From Lama guanicoe (Eukaryota): 64,000 nucleotides of DNA. Below the pieces are notes generated by a model. The model was not told where the DNA came from and made no database searches. It worked only from the letters and a program-made list of their open reading frames with translations. The stretch is from contig MU053652.1 of NCBI GenBank assembly GCA_013239625.1, positions 124,001-188,000 of the forward strand. The letters run 5' to 3'. How positions within the stretch are numbered: the first letter of the stretch is position 1; every line of letters begins with the position of its first letter. Below, in pieces: positions 63,301-64,000 of the stretch. A program made the position numbers and the translations under genes.

Positions 63301-64000
63301 CTAATAAATACCTTGTGGTCATTTCCTGAGCACCTTTCCTCCCTTCTGCATATATTTTTTAACTTCCTAACCCCCATCTCCAGTTTCTTCATCAGCCTCC
63401 GTTCACTTGGATACTTTTCTGCTGAGTAACAGCTCTATTCTTGTATCTGTTTATGCCTCTATTCTTTGGGGCTTCTGGGTGTTTTTGTGGATTTTTACAG
63501 GGTATATATATCTGTGTAGCGTGTATTCTGTTATACACTGTTATAAGCACTGATACTGGGGTGGGGGTGTCTGTGATGATGAGAATATCTGGTGGAATAT
63601 ATGAGTATATGTGTAATGAGTATGAATGTGAAGGGTTAATGTAAAAATGTTTATATATTCTGTTACAGCTCAGGGTGGGGCTGAGAATCCTTACCACCGT
63701 TCCTGTCTGTATTTGGAAAACAGTAGTTTTCATACTTTGCTCTTTTTAACCTACCTCCAGCTGATTTCGCTCGCAGTGCCAGATGCCTGTGGTGAGGGGA
63801 TGTGGAAAACACCAGGTCGGGAATAACCGTAAACCAATAAATTAGCTCTGGGCCAGTGGACGTGCTCATTGGTGGACCAGCTGGCATGGCAGACATTGTA
63901 GCAAAGACCTGAGCATCTGACAGATGCACATGGAGAAGAATGGCATGGAGATCTGAAATCGAGATCCTCCATTTGTTGTAGTTTTTTCTCTTTGGCTAGG
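60382..64000 (+). other. SLC35B4: Probable long SLC35B4 3' UTR (end not determined; candidate AATAAA at 63303 and 63836)
   Basis: Follows the stop codon; no recognisable TEs; U/GU-rich stretches; I saw no AATAAA close to the stop. I recall human SLC35B4 having a multi-kb 3' UTR. Confidence 0.5.

Noticed and set aside
63108..63972. Consecutive minus-strand ORFs as possible 3' exons of the convergent neighbour (LRGUK by human synteny)
   Set aside because: No recognisable LRR or guanylate-kinase sequence and no clear exon structure; more simply SLC35B4 3' UTR or intergenic DNA. A BLASTX would settle it.
1..64000. CRISPR arrays, tRNA/rRNA/snRNA genes, prokaryotic-type systems
   Set aside because: Sequence is mammalian; I saw no regularly spaced repeat-spacer array or recognisable structural RNA gene

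Overview
Mammalian genomic DNA, probably an artiodactyl. A camelid is my tentative guess from the L1 3' UTR style and because I saw no CHR/Bov SINEs or Alus. The only protein-coding gene I can support is SLC35B4 (UDP-xylose/UDP-GlcNAc nucleotide-sugar transporter) on the + strand. Ten coding exons from ATG 40102 to TGA 60381 splice into an intact 996-nt, 331-aa ORF ending in the dilysine motif KEDKKN. It starts in a CpG-island promoter (~39.7-40.5 kb) with two oppositely oriented ZNF143/SBS-type motifs. Intron 6 is a non-canonical GC-AG intron, and the last intron (9) is a U12-type minor-spliceosome intron. The first ~39 kb is intergenic and rich in old repeats (L1, L2, MIR, MaLR/ERVL LTRs, hAT MITEs). 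It also holds several strong CTCF motifs, a diverged ~340-bp inverted duplication (20.5-22.1 kb), a candidate L1 3' transduction and a candidate polyadenylated LTR retrocopy. Intron 8 has a twin-primed (5'-inverted) L1. I did not find convincing evidence of a wholly new biological system; the findings are unusual splicing, regulatory and retrotransposition structures. Repeat subfamily names are recalled from memory of consensus sequences and need RepeatMasker/Dfam confirmation.
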